Below, piece by piece: positions 9,251-19,100 of a DNA stretch of 30,180 nt. The notes below the pieces were generated by a model, which had not been told where the DNA came from, ran no database searches, and saw nothing but the letters and a program-made list of their open reading frames with translations. Each line of letters starts with the position of its first letter. The stretch's first letter is position 1. The stretch is from positions 1-30,180 of IMG/VR virus record IMGVR_UViG_3300030372_000467; one strand, given 5' to 3'. Both the position numbers and the translations under genes were made by a program. This DNA is from a virus (Duplodnaviria; Caudoviricetes).

Positions 9251-9690
9251 GCAAAAGAGAAAACATAGCTGGTGATATAATTACAAAACTTGATGCAGTT
9301 ACCAGTCCTATTGAGTTTAAAAAGATTACTAGAGAACCTTTTGAAGTAGAAGAATTAGCAGATGCACAGTTTCCAGCTTTATTTGTGCAATCAGGAGATG
9401 AAACAAGAGAAGTATCAAGCATAGGTGATACTGGTGCTGGAAGTTATAGGGGAAGTATAGATTTTTTAATTGTAGCTTTTGGAAAAGGTACAGATAGCAA
9501 TATAGATACAGTAAGAAATCAATTAATAGAAGTAGTTGAAGAAACTTTAGATAATGATATAACTAGAAATGGAAATGCAATAGATACGCAAATAGTAGAA
9601 GCATCAACAGATGAGGGAACAATATACCCTTATGGTGGTGTTAGAATAACTGCAAGAGTAATTTATGAATTTACAAGAGGGAGTGCATAA
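9247..9690 (+). CDS. Tail terminator protein
   Basis: Acidic, 147 aa, precedes tail tube; FPALFV motif. Confidence 0.7.
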   Translation: MSKRENIAGDIITKLDAVTSPIEFKKITREPFEVEELADAQFPALFVQSGDETREVSSIGDTGAGSYRGSIDFLIVAFGKGTDSNIDTVRNQLIEVVEETLDNDITRNGNAIDTQIVEASTDEGTIYPYGGVRITARVIYEFTRGSA

Positions 9691-9848
9691 TGGCAAAACA
9701 AGTTACTATGAAGAAAGGCAACGATATTATAAAATGTTCTGAAGATCACATAGAGCATTTTCAAAGCAACGGATTTACTTTAGAAGGTGAAAAAAAAGTT
9801 ACCAAAAAAAGTGAAAAAGTGTTAAAACAAGAAGATAATAAAAAATAG
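9690..9848 (+). CDS. Small protein (52 aa, not in ORF track)
   Basis: TAATG coupling; MAKQVTMKKGNDIIKCSEDHIEHFQSNGFTLEGEKK..., TAG 9846-9848. Confidence 0.7.
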   Translation: MAKQVTMKKGNDIIKCSEDHIEHFQSNGFTLEGEKKVTKKSEKVLKQEDNKK

Positions 9849-9873
9849 CCAATATTAAAAAAAGGAGGTTTAA

Positions 9874-10260
9874 ATGGCAACACATCATGGAAAAGAAGGA
9901 GTTGTAACAATAGGGTCAGATACTCTTGGAAATGCAACTGGGTTTACTGTAGACACAACACACGATACAGTTGAAAAAACAGCACTAGGTGATTCAATGA
10001 AATCATTTATGGTTGGAAGGGGAAGTTTTACTGCATCTATTGATATGAACTTTGATGAAACTGACACAGCACAAACTACCTTGGTACAAGGTGCAGAAGT
10101 AACATTTGCATTTTTACCAGAGGGTAATGCTTCAGGAGATAGAAAGTTCTCAGGTAGTGGAATAGTAACTGGAATGTCAGTAGGTGTTACTTTAGATGGT
10201 GTAACTACAAGAACTGTATCATTACAGGGAACTGGTGGTCTTACTATTGGTACTGTGTAA
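9874..10260 (+). CDS. Major tail tube protein
   Basis: SD AAGGAGG; T/G-rich beta protein ending SLQGTGGLT. Confidence 0.85.
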   Translation: MATHHGKEGVVTIGSDTLGNATGFTVDTTHDTVEKTALGDSMKSFMVGRGSFTASIDMNFDETDTAQTTLVQGAEVTFAFLPEGNASGDRKFSGSGIVTGMSVGVTLDGVTTRTVSLQGTGGLTIGTV

Positions 10261-10266
10261 TAATAT

Positions 10267-10620
10267 ATGACTGATAATAAAATTGATTATTTTGATGGAA
10301 TTAGAGATCATTTTAGTGCATTAGATACTAAAATTATTGAAGTTCCAGAGTGGGGATTAGTTGGCGACAAAGCTATCCATTGTAAACCATTTAACATGAT
10401 GGAAAAGCAAAAGATTTTTAAAGGTGCTACAAATACCGACTTAATGCTTTTAATAGATGTAATTATAGAAAAATCGCTTACAAAAGATGGCAAAAAAATG
10501 TTTACTGCTCAAGACGTTTTGGGTTTTAAAACAAAAGCAGATACAAACATTATAGCTGAAGTTTCCACAAAAATAATGGGTACTGAAAACAAAGATATAG
10601 AGGACAATAAAAAAAACTAA
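10267..10620 (+). CDS. Tail assembly chaperone (G-like)
   Basis: IEVPEWG motif; between tube and tape measure; ends KKN on a slippery site. Confidence 0.85.
   Translation: MTDNKIDYFDGIRDHFSALDTKIIEVPEWGLVGDKAIHCKPFNMMEKQKIFKGATNTDLMLLIDVIIEKSLTKDGKKMFTAQDVLGFKTKADTNIIAEVSTKIMGTENKDIEDNKKN
10611..10617 (+). promoter_or_regulatory. -1 ribosomal frameshift heptamer A AAA AAC
   Basis: X XXY YYZ motif immediately before the TAA of the chaperone gene. Confidence 0.8.
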
Positions 10621-10790
10621 AAAATAATGTTGAGTTGCATAATATTTTTGGTTTAGCAGAAAGACTTAAAAAAACAGTTGCCGAAATTTTAGAAATGTCA
10701 GTTGATGAATTTTATTTATGGATAGCATATTATGAAATTCAAAACGAAGAAAAAGAAAGACAAGAACGATTAGAGAGGGCAAGAAAATAA
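10617..10790 (+). CDS. Frameshift extension of tail chaperone (T-like part of GT)
   Basis: -1 frame open: LKNNVELHNIFGLAERLKKTVAEILEMSVDEFYLWIAYYEIQ...; TAA 10788-10790 abuts the tape measure start. Confidence 0.8.
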   Translation, partial: LKNNVELHNIFGLAERLKKTVAEILEMSVDEFYLWIAYYEIQNEEKERQERLERARK

Positions 10791-12764
10791 GTGGCAACTA
10801 AAAAAGTAAATATAGATATAGTAGCTAAAGACAAGACACGTCAAGCTATGCAATCAGCCACTAAAGGTGTTGATAATCTAAAAAATTCAGTCTTTAATTT
10901 AAAAAATGCTTTAATAGGTTTAGGTGTAGGAGCTACAATAAAGTCTTTCGTTGATGTAGGTAGGTCTGTTGAAGGTTTACAAGTAAGACTAAAATTTTTA
11001 TTTGGTACTGCCGAGGAAGGTGCAAAGGCTTTTGATGTAATGAGCAAATTTGCATCTAGAGTGCCATTTAGTTTAGACCAAATACAACAAGCGTCCGGAA
11101 ATTTAGCAGTAGTAAGCAAAGATGCTGACGAGTTAAGTAAAATGTTAGAAATTACTGGTAACGTTGCATCTGTTACTGGTTTAGATTTTAGGACAACTGC
11201 TGAACAAATACAAAGGTCATTTAGTGCTGGAATTTCATCTGCTGATATTTTTAGAGAAAGAGGGGTAAGGGATTTACTTGGCTTTAAGGCTGGTGCAACT
11301 GTAACAGCCAAAGAAACTGCTGAAGCATTTGAAAGAGTATTTGGTCAAGGTGGTACATTTGGAAATGCCACAAATGAGTTTGCTAAAACTTTTGATGGCA
11401 CGTTGTCAATGATTGGTGACAAGATATTTTTATTTAAAAAAGTAGTAGCTGAATCTTTTATGGTTGCTTTGAAAAAAGAGTTTGGTGCATTAGACCAAGC
11501 ACTTGCAGATAATCAATTAACTATACAAAAAATAGCTACAACAGTAGGAAAAAATTTAGCAAAAGCAGTTACTATGGTAAGCAAAGGGGTGTCATTTTTA
11601 AGTGATAACTTTGAAAAAATAAAAAGACTTGCAATATCGGTTACTGTTCTTGGTATTTCAAAAGCATTTATTGGTTTATCACTAGCAATAGGTAGAACTA
11701 CTATGGCATTAATACTTTTAAATAAAACAGCTATGAAAAATGCACTTTTCCTTTTTGCAACTTTAATATTAGTTACAGCAGAAGCAACTGGAGTTTTAAA
11801 AGAATTATTTGGTGTTTTTGAAAAACCAAAAAAAATATCAGACTTTACAGATGAAGTAAGAATACTTACTCAACAATTAAACAGTTTAAAAGATGTAGGT
11901 GGTGAAGCATTTGAATCATTAAAAAAAGACGCTGAGTTAACTTTAATTGATATGAACCAACTCTTAAAAAGAATGCAAGAAGAAGGCAATGCAAGTATGG
12001 AAGAAATAGGTGGTTTAGTGTTAATGATAAGGCAATTAAATGATGCTATGATCCCACTTAACAATAATTTAGGGGAAATAGATGTATCTGTAGAAAGGAT
12101 ATCAGATATATTAGGAGATGCTTTTCTTGGTTTTGGTGAAGGTTTTAGTAAAGCAATGAATGAAGGTAAAACAGTATTGGAAGAAATGAAAAAAGTAGGG
12201 GAGCAAACTTTTGGTAAGTTAAAAGGTTTATTGGCTGATTTTGTCATGACTGGAAAAGCTAATTTTGGTGATTTAGCAAGATTTGTTATTAAATCTTTTT
12301 TAGAAATGTTAATAGGTCAAGCAGTTAAAATGGCTTTTGCTAAATCTTTAGCATTATTTAAACTGGACGCAATAAAAAAAGGTATGATCAGTGCATTTCA
12401 AAGTGTATTAACAACTATTAAAGAAATACCATTTCCTTTAAATATTGCTCTAGGAGCTGGTGCTTTGGCTTTTGCTATGGGTTTTGTAAACAAAATAAAA
12501 GGATTTGAAAAAGGGGGTAGACCACCAGTAGGTAGACCAAGTATAGTTGGTGAAAAGGGTGCTGAATTATTTGTTCCTGATCAAGCTGGAACTATTGTAC
12601 CTAATGATAAACTAGGAATGGGTGGTCAACCAGTAACAGTAAACTTTAATATTAGCACAGTAGATGCTAGAGGTTTTAATGAATTGTTAGTTAACAGCAG
12701 AGGAACAATAGTTAATCTAATTAATAGTGCAGTAAATGAAAAAGGTAAAATGGCAATTATATGA
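10791..12764 (+). CDS. Tape measure protein
   Basis: 657 aa, helical and Ala-rich; C-terminal GG.PPVGRPSIVGEKGAELFVP. Confidence 0.92.
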   Translation: MATKKVNIDIVAKDKTRQAMQSATKGVDNLKNSVFNLKNALIGLGVGATIKSFVDVGRSVEGLQVRLKFLFGTAEEGAKAFDVMSKFASRVPFSLDQIQQASGNLAVVSKDADELSKMLEITGNVASVTGLDFRTTAEQIQRSFSAGISSADIFRERGVRDLLGFKAGATVTAKETAEAFERVFGQGGTFGNATNEFAKTFDGTLSMIGDKIFLFKKVVAESFMVALKKEFGALDQALADNQLTIQKIATTVGKNLAKAVTMVSKGVSFLSDNFEKIKRLAISVTVLGISKAFIGLSLAIGRTTMALILLNKTAMKNALFLFATLILVTAEATGVLKELFGVFEKPKKISDFTDEVRILTQQLNSLKDVGGEAFESLKKDAELTLIDMNQLLKRMQEEGNASMEEIGGLVLMIRQLNDAMIPLNNNLGEIDVSVERISDILGDAFLGFGEGFSKAMNEGKTVLEEMKKVGEQTFGKLKGLLADFVMTGKANFGDLARFVIKSFLEMLIGQAVKMAFAKSLALFKLDAIKKGMISAFQSVLTTIKEIPFPLNIALGAGALAFAMGFVNKIKGFEKGGRPPVGRPSIVGEKGAELFVPDQAGTIVPNDKLGMGGQPVTVNFNISTVDARGFNELLVNSRGTIVNLINSAVNEKGKMAII

Positions 12765-13369
12765 GTGGAACATTACCAGATACAAGATTTGAAGCAATCA
12801 ATTTACAAAGTAATCAAAAAACTTTATTCTCTGAAACAGATAGTGGTAAGTCCTTTAGAAGGCAATTACAAGGTCAAAGGTTTAGCTTTACAGTCAGCTA
12901 CCCACCCATGAAAAGATCAGATTTTGCACCTATCATGGCTTTCATAATGAAGCAAAGAGCAAGGCAAGAAGATTTCACAATAACTATGCCAAGCTATCTA
13001 AATGCTCAAGGAAATGAAACTGGCGTACTTTTAGTCAATGGTTCTCATAGTGCTACAGATACTACAATAGCCATAGATGGATTTGCTGGAGATGGTGCTG
13101 GTAGATTAAAAGCTGGTGATCTATTAAAGTTTGCACATGATAAAGTTTATATGGTTGTAGAAGATGTAACCAGTTCAAGTAACTCAGCAACAGTAACTAT
13201 AGAGCCACCATTAAGAACTGCATTAGCTGATGATAGTGGAGTTACTTATGATTCAGTACCTTTTAAAGTACATTTAACAAGTGATGTTCAAGAATTTAAA
13301 ACATCTGAAAATGATCGTGATGGTAATTTATTATTTAGTTATGAGTTTGATGTAATTGAGAGTTTATAA
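12761..13369 (+). CDS. Distal tail protein
   Basis: Follows tape measure; LKAGDLLKF, TIEPPLR motifs. Confidence 0.7.
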   Translation: MSGTLPDTRFEAINLQSNQKTLFSETDSGKSFRRQLQGQRFSFTVSYPPMKRSDFAPIMAFIMKQRARQEDFTITMPSYLNAQGNETGVLLVNGSHSATDTTIAIDGFAGDGAGRLKAGDLLKFAHDKVYMVVEDVTSSSNSATVTIEPPLRTALADDSGVTYDSVPFKVHLTSDVQEFKTSENDRDGNLLFSYEFDVIESL

Positions 13370-13935
13370 TGGCTAGAGGTTTAACAAGTGCAGTAAAAAC
13401 TGAACTAGCAACTGGTATTATAGAACCAGTATTATTAATAGAAATAGGTTTTAGCACACCAATATATTTAACTAATGCAAGTTTTGATATTACTTCAAGT
13501 GTGTCAGGTAGTTCAAGAACTTACCTATCAAATGGTCATTTAAAAAGTATTACTAATGTTAGTGAAACTAATAGTCCTACAAAAAACACATTAGGGATTA
13601 GTTTATCAGGAGTTGATCAAACTTATATTAGTGTAGCATTAAATGAAAATATAATTAATGATAATGTGTATATCTACAGAGGGTTTTTAAATAGTAGTTT
13701 ATCTTTAATAGCTGACCCATTTTTATTATTTTTTGGAACTATAGATGAATTTAAAATAAATGATAACACCTCAACAGCTAGTATTACATTAACAGTAACT
13801 TCTCATTGGGGAAACTTTAGCAAGATAAGTGGAAGAACTACAACAGATAATTCTCAACAAAGAATATTTAGTGGCGATAAAGGAATGGAGTTTTCTGCAT
13901 TAACTGTAAAAGATATTAAATGGGGTAGAGTATGA
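13369..13935 (+). CDS. Baseplate hub / lambda gpL-like tail tip protein
   Basis: LSGVDQ, FFGTID, GRTTTDNSQQ..F.GDKGMEF, terminal WG. Confidence 0.75.
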   Translation: MARGLTSAVKTELATGIIEPVLLIEIGFSTPIYLTNASFDITSSVSGSSRTYLSNGHLKSITNVSETNSPTKNTLGISLSGVDQTYISVALNENIINDNVYIYRGFLNSSLSLIADPFLLFFGTIDEFKINDNTSTASITLTVTSHWGNFSKISGRTTTDNSQQRIFSGDKGMEFSALTVKDIKWGRV

Positions 13936-14372
13936 GTATAAATTTATATAATGCTGAAAAAAAAGATGTTAAAGTTGTATGTGATTTAATGAACGAGTTT
14001 AAAGAAGTTGATTTACAAGAATTAAATTATCCTGAAGTTGATGATAATAAATTAAATACTTTTGTAAAAATTATGTTAGATAAAGGACAAATTATTTTAG
14101 TGAAAGATTTAGATTTAGAACAAGTAATAGGTTGTGCAATATTTGGCAAAACAGAATACTGGTTTAGTAAAAGCGAGTGTATTCATTTACATACTATATT
14201 TGTAAAAAAAAATTTTAGAAGTTTTAAATTAGTATCAACTTTAGTAGATGCAGTAAAGAAAGCATCAGAGAATTTGCCTATTTATTTAGCTGTTACAAGT
14301 GGATTAAGTGTAGACCCAGTATTTAAAAAACTAGGTTTTCAGAACTTAGGTGCTAACTGGAGAATGAACTAA
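13932..14372 (+). CDS. GNAT-fold acetyltransferase-like protein
   Basis: VIGCAI, IFVKKNFRS..LVSTLVDAVKK (motif A-like), FKKLGFQNLG (motif B). Confidence 0.7.
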   Translation: MSINLYNAEKKDVKVVCDLMNEFKEVDLQELNYPEVDDNKLNTFVKIMLDKGQIILVKDLDLEQVIGCAIFGKTEYWFSKSECIHLHTIFVKKNFRSFKLVSTLVDAVKKASENLPIYLAVTSGLSVDPVFKKLGFQNLGANWRMN

Positions 14373-17257
14373 TGTGTAATCCATTCCAAGCAATTGTAGA
14401 TGTAGTTTCTGATGCAGTAGATTTTGTAGGTGATTTAATTGGTGATGCTATAGGGTGGTTAAACCCACAACCTGAAGTACCTGATTATGGTGAAAATTTA
14501 GCAGAACAAAATAATAGAGGAGTATTAGTAAATAAATTTAATGCTAATGCACATATACCTATTGTTTATGGTACAAGAAAAGTTGGTGGTAATGTTGTAT
14601 TCTTAGAAACTTCAGGAACAGATAATCAATATTTATATATGGCTATAGTTTTGAGTGAGGGAGAAGTAGCTGATATAGATGCTATATTTATTAATGACAA
14701 TCAGGTTACATGGTCAGGAGATATTGCAGACAATACGCAAATAACTGTGGGAAGTGGAGATGCTAATTTTTTTAGTGGATCAAGTTTAATAACTTGCGAA
14801 CCTCATTTTGGAAGTGATAGCCAGTCTGCATCTTCATTATTATCTACTTTGAGTTCATGGACTTCAAACCACAGATTAAGAGGATTATGTTATTTAGCTA
14901 TAAGGTTTGAATGGAATCAAGATAAATTTGGTTCATTGCCAACAGTTCAAGCAGTAGTAGAAGGAAAAAAAGTTTATAATCCTAACTTAGATGGTACTGT
15001 AACTGGTGGAAGTGGTAGCCATAGAGCAGATACAAGTTCCACATGGGAATATTCAGATAATCCTATTTTGCAATTATTAGACTATTTAAGAAACGATAGA
15101 TTTGGAATGGGAATAGCTAATAGTTATTTTGATAGTAACTTTGCAGATTGGCAAACTGCAACAGATGTATGTGATGCAAATATCACTCCTTATAGTGGAG
15201 CAAGTCAAATAGATTTAATGGATAGTCACACAGTTGTTGATACATCAAAGAAAGCTATAGATAATGTAAAAGAATTTATAAGAGGGTCTAGGTCTTATTT
15301 AAACTTCTCTAAAGGTATCTATAATATATTAGTTGAAACAAGTGGGTCAGCATCAATAACACTAACAGAGGATAATATTATTGGTGGTATATCAGTAAAC
15401 AGTAAAAATAAAAACTCACGATATAATAGAGTTATAGTGAATTTTACTAACCCAGATAAAAATTATCAATCAGATACAGCACAATTTCCTCCGGTAGATG
15501 AAACTGGAGTAGCAAGTGCAGATCAACACGCAACTATGAAAACAGCAGATGGAGGTTTGTTATTAGAAGGAAGATTTGATTTTCCTATGTTTACTAGCCC
15601 ATATCAGGCTCAAGAGATGGCTGAAATTATTTTAAGGAGGTCTAGGTCAAGTTTAGACATTAGCTTAACTGCTGACGCAACTGCATTAGATTTAGCAGTA
15701 GGAGATATAGTAAATATAACTCACGCTACACCAAGTTTTTCAGCTAAAGCATTTAGAGTGCAAGGAATGAATGTAAATAGTAATCACACAGTTTCTTTAC
15801 AATGCTCTGAACACCAAGATAGTTTTTATACTTTTGGAACACAGCAAGAGGTTGCAAGTATACCTACAACCACATTACCTAACCCTTTTGTAATACAACC
15901 CCCAGCAAGTGTAACTTTATCAGATCAATTAATAGAATATAATGATGGAACAGTTATTGTAGCCTTGGATATAACTGTTGGAGCAAGTCCAGACAAATTT
16001 ATAGACTTTTACCAAGTTGAATATAAATTAAGTAGCGATTCTGATTTTATTATCTATGCTCAAGGTTCAGGATTAAATCACAGAGTATTGAATGTGATTG
16101 ACCAACAAACTTATGATGTAAGAGTAAAAGCTGTTAGTACAGCTGGTATATCTTCAACCTATGTATCTGCTCAAAGAAAGATAGTAGGAGCAATAGCACC
16201 ACCTTCAGATGTAACAGACTTTTCATGCAATGTAGCTGGTCAAGAAGCACACCTGTCATGGGAAGCTGTAACAGATTTAGATTTAGCTTTTTATAATTTA
16301 AGATTTTCTGAAGAAACTGACGGAACTGCTGATTGGCTTAATTCAGTAGCTTTGGTAGAAAAAATATCTAGACCAGCAACTTCAATATCCGTACCAGCTA
16401 GACAAGGAACTTATTTAATAAAAGCAGTTGATAAACTTGGAAACTTTAGTTCTAATGCTACTGCTATTATATCAAATGTAACAAGTGCTATAAACTTCAA
16501 CACCATTACAACACAATCAGAACACCCTACATTTGGGGGAACATTTACTGATACAATACTAATAGATGATGCTATAGAATTAGATAGTACAGAACTATTT
16601 GATTCTGCTAGTGGAAATTTTGATGATGATACGGATAGATTTTTTGATCAAGGTGCAAGTAACTTTGATTTTGTATCAACTGGCAATTATGAATTTGCAA
16701 ATGTCATAGATATTGGAGCAAAGCATACTGTAAGAATAACAGCATCAATGACACAAACCTCAGATAATCCAGATGATTTATTTGATAATAGAACTGGGGA
16801 TTTTGACGATACATCTTCTAATTTTGACGGAGATACACCAGCTAATTGTAATGCTCATTTAGAGATTGCAACAAGTGATGATAATTCAACATTTACAGAT
16901 TTTAGAGGTTTTGTTATAGGAGAATATGAAGCAAGATATTATAAATTTAGAGTTGTTTTAATTTCTAGAGATAACGCATCAACCCCAGTAGTATCAGCAG
17001 TAACAGTTACTATTGATATGCAAGACAGAATATTTAGTGATAATGACATAGTTTCTGGTACAAGTACAAAATCAATTACATTTACAAAACCATTTAAAAC
17101 TGTTAATTATGCTGTAGGAGTTACAGCACAAGGAATGGCAACTGGAGATTTTTTTACAGTAAGCAACAAAACAATAACTGGTTTTGATGTAGCATTTTTC
17201 AATAGTTCCAATGCTGGTGTATCAAAAACATTTGATTTTATTGCAAAAGGATTTTAA
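14372..17257 (+). CDS. Tail tip / host specificity protein (lambda J-like, FN3 domains)
   Basis: IPIVYGTRKVGG, LSEGE, HRLRGLCY, SDNP..LLDYL; FN3 motifs YDVRVKAVS and YLIKAVDKLGN. Confidence 0.9.
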   Translation: MCNPFQAIVDVVSDAVDFVGDLIGDAIGWLNPQPEVPDYGENLAEQNNRGVLVNKFNANAHIPIVYGTRKVGGNVVFLETSGTDNQYLYMAIVLSEGEVADIDAIFINDNQVTWSGDIADNTQITVGSGDANFFSGSSLITCEPHFGSDSQSASSLLSTLSSWTSNHRLRGLCYLAIRFEWNQDKFGSLPTVQAVVEGKKVYNPNLDGTVTGGSGSHRADTSSTWEYSDNPILQLLDYLRNDRFGMGIANSYFDSNFADWQTATDVCDANITPYSGASQIDLMDSHTVVDTSKKAIDNVKEFIRGSRSYLNFSKGIYNILVETSGSASITLTEDNIIGGISVNSKNKNSRYNRVIVNFTNPDKNYQSDTAQFPPVDETGVASADQHATMKTADGGLLLEGRFDFPMFTSPYQAQEMAEIILRRSRSSLDISLTADATALDLAVGDIVNITHATPSFSAKAFRVQGMNVNSNHTVSLQCSEHQDSFYTFGTQQEVASIPTTTLPNPFVIQPPASVTLSDQLIEYNDGTVIVALDITVGASPDKFIDFYQVEYKLSSDSDFIIYAQGSGLNHRVLNVIDQQTYDVRVKAVSTAGISSTYVSAQRKIVGAIAPPSDVTDFSCNVAGQEAHLSWEAVTDLDLAFYNLRFSEETDGTADWLNSVALVEKISRPATSISVPARQGTYLIKAVDKLGNFSSNATAIISNVTSAINFNTITTQSEHPTFGGTFTDTILIDDAIELDSTELFDSASGNFDDDTDRFFDQGASNFDFVSTGNYEFANVIDIGAKHTVRITASMTQTSDNPDDLFDNRTGDFDDTSSNFDGDTPANCNAHLEIATSDDNSTFTDFRGFVIGEYEARYYKFRVVLISRDNASTPVVSAVTVTIDMQDRIFSDNDIVSGTSTKSITFTKPFKTVNYAVGVTAQGMATGDFFTVSNKTITGFDVAFFNSSNAGVSKTFDFIAKGF

Positions 17258-17274
17258 AAGGAGTATAAATAATT

Positions 17275-18306
17275 ATGGCACAACACGACATGAATATAGC
17301 AAATCAATCATTTCCTAGCTTTAGGAGTGATTTAAATAATTCGCTATCAGCACTTAATTCAATGCATAGTGGAACATCAAGACCTAGTGGTGCAGTAGTA
17401 GGAACATTATGGCTAGATACAACCAACTCAGGGTCTAATTCACTTGAAATAAAATTTTTTGATGGCTCAGATGATATATCATTTGCAACAGTAAATACAT
17501 CTGCAAACACAATAAACTTTATAGATAGTGCAACACAATCAGATTTAGTAAATGATAGTTCACCTCAACTTGGAGCTGATTTAGACACAAACAGTTTCAA
17601 TATTAAAATTGATGATGCACATGGAATAAATGATGATGATGGAAATGAACTAATAGTCTTTCAAAAGACTGCATCAGCAGTAAATCAGTTTGATATTACA
17701 AACTCTGCTACTGGTAATCCACCAAAGTTAGAAGCAACTGGAGGAGATAGTAACATTGATTTAGACCTTGAAGCTAAAGGAACTGGTCATGTAACTGTTA
17801 GAGGAAACACAAATGCTGGTGCAATCCAGTTTAATTGTGAAAGCAACTCACATGGACAAATAGTAAAATCACAACCACATTCAGCTAGTGTAACAAATGA
17901 GTTATTACTACCAGCTGGAGCTAGTTCAACATTAGTTTCTTTGGTATCTACTGGAACATTAACTAATAAGGTAAATATACCTAGTACAGAAACAGCAACT
18001 ATTTCAACAAACAAAACTCTAGATTTTGATACTTACCAGAACTTTATACTTACTCTAGGCTCAGGTGCTAACACACTTGCACAACCTAGTACTGAAGCTG
18101 GGAACGTAGGACAAACTGGTATTTTAGTCTTAATACAGCCTTCAAGTGGAAGTGCTGGTACAGTCAGTCTACATGGCGATTATGAAACTGTAGGGGGTGC
18201 TGGTTTAACTTTATCAAGTGCAAATTCATCTTATGATGTAGTGCCTTATTTAATCAAAGCAGATAACTCTATTCTGCTAGGTTCACCTCAACTGGCGTTT
18301 AGTTAA
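17275..18306 (+). CDS. Tail fibre protein
   Basis: MAQHD..IANQSFPSFRSDLN anchor, GTLWLDT, DSSPQLGADLDTN repeats; S/T/G-rich. Confidence 0.8.
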   Translation: MAQHDMNIANQSFPSFRSDLNNSLSALNSMHSGTSRPSGAVVGTLWLDTTNSGSNSLEIKFFDGSDDISFATVNTSANTINFIDSATQSDLVNDSSPQLGADLDTNSFNIKIDDAHGINDDDGNELIVFQKTASAVNQFDITNSATGNPPKLEATGGDSNIDLDLEAKGTGHVTVRGNTNAGAIQFNCESNSHGQIVKSQPHSASVTNELLLPAGASSTLVSLVSTGTLTNKVNIPSTETATISTNKTLDFDTYQNFILTLGSGANTLAQPSTEAGNVGQTGILVLIQPSSGSAGTVSLHGDYETVGGAGLTLSSANSSYDVVPYLIKADNSILLGSPQLAFS

Positions 18307-19079
18307 TGGTAGCAAATGAAAAATGGTTTACTGGTGCTACATCTGGTGCATCTTCTTTTTATGACTATAAGATTCAAAATTCAGTTAGGTTCGATAGAAG
18401 TTCAAGTTCTTATTTAAGCAGAACTATACAATCTGGAGGTAATTTAAGAAAATGGACTTTAAGTTTTTGGTTTAAAATGACAGCAAGTGCTGGTTTTGGA
18501 AGCAATCAATATTATTTAATGACAACTAAGTTATCTTCTCCTTATGATACTTTAATATTTGATATAGACTCAAGTAGTCGTTTTTATTATCAAGTAGCAG
18601 GTAAATTTTACTATCCTAATGGTTCTTTTAGAGATACAACTGGCTGGGGGCATTTAGTTATTGTATATGATAGTGATAATGGAACAGCTAATGATAGGAG
18701 AATTATGTATTTAAATGGAACAAGAATGACAGACAATAATGACCAAGGATTAGGTCAAAATACAGATTCTAAATTTAATAGCAATTCAATTCATTATATA
18801 GGAGCAAGACAAGATTTAGGTGCTAGTTATTATGGAAGCTATTATTTAGCAGACGTTATATGGTCAGATGGTTACGCATACGCACCTACTCAATTTGGTG
18901 AAAGTGTTAACTCAATTTGGAAACCTATAGAGTTTTCTGGAAATTATGGCGGTACAGGGTATCATTTAAAATTTGAATCAAGCTCTGATTTAGGTAACGA
19001 CAGTAGTTCCAATAATAACGACTGGACAGCAAATAACATGGGAACAGATCATCAAAGTTTGGACTCACCGACTTTTTAA
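18306..19079 (+). CDS. ConA/LamG-like lectin domain fibre protein
   Basis: SVRFD..SSYLSRT, KWTLSFWFK, FRDTTGWGHLV, GYHLKF..SSDLGNDSS. Confidence 0.8.
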   Translation: MVANEKWFTGATSGASSFYDYKIQNSVRFDRSSSSYLSRTIQSGGNLRKWTLSFWFKMTASAGFGSNQYYLMTTKLSSPYDTLIFDIDSSSRFYYQVAGKFYYPNGSFRDTTGWGHLVIVYDSDNGTANDRRIMYLNGTRMTDNNDQGLGQNTDSKFNSNSIHYIGARQDLGASYYGSYYLADVIWSDGYAYAPTQFGESVNSIWKPIEFSGNYGGTGYHLKFESSSDLGNDSSSNNNDWTANNMGTDHQSLDSPTF

Positions 19080-19100
19080 TAATGATAGGAGGTAATTAAT

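Noticed and set aside
19077-19088. Stop-codon reassignment
   Set aside because: TAA, TAG and TGA all terminate genes normally, coding density is high under code 11, and no suppressor tRNA is seen
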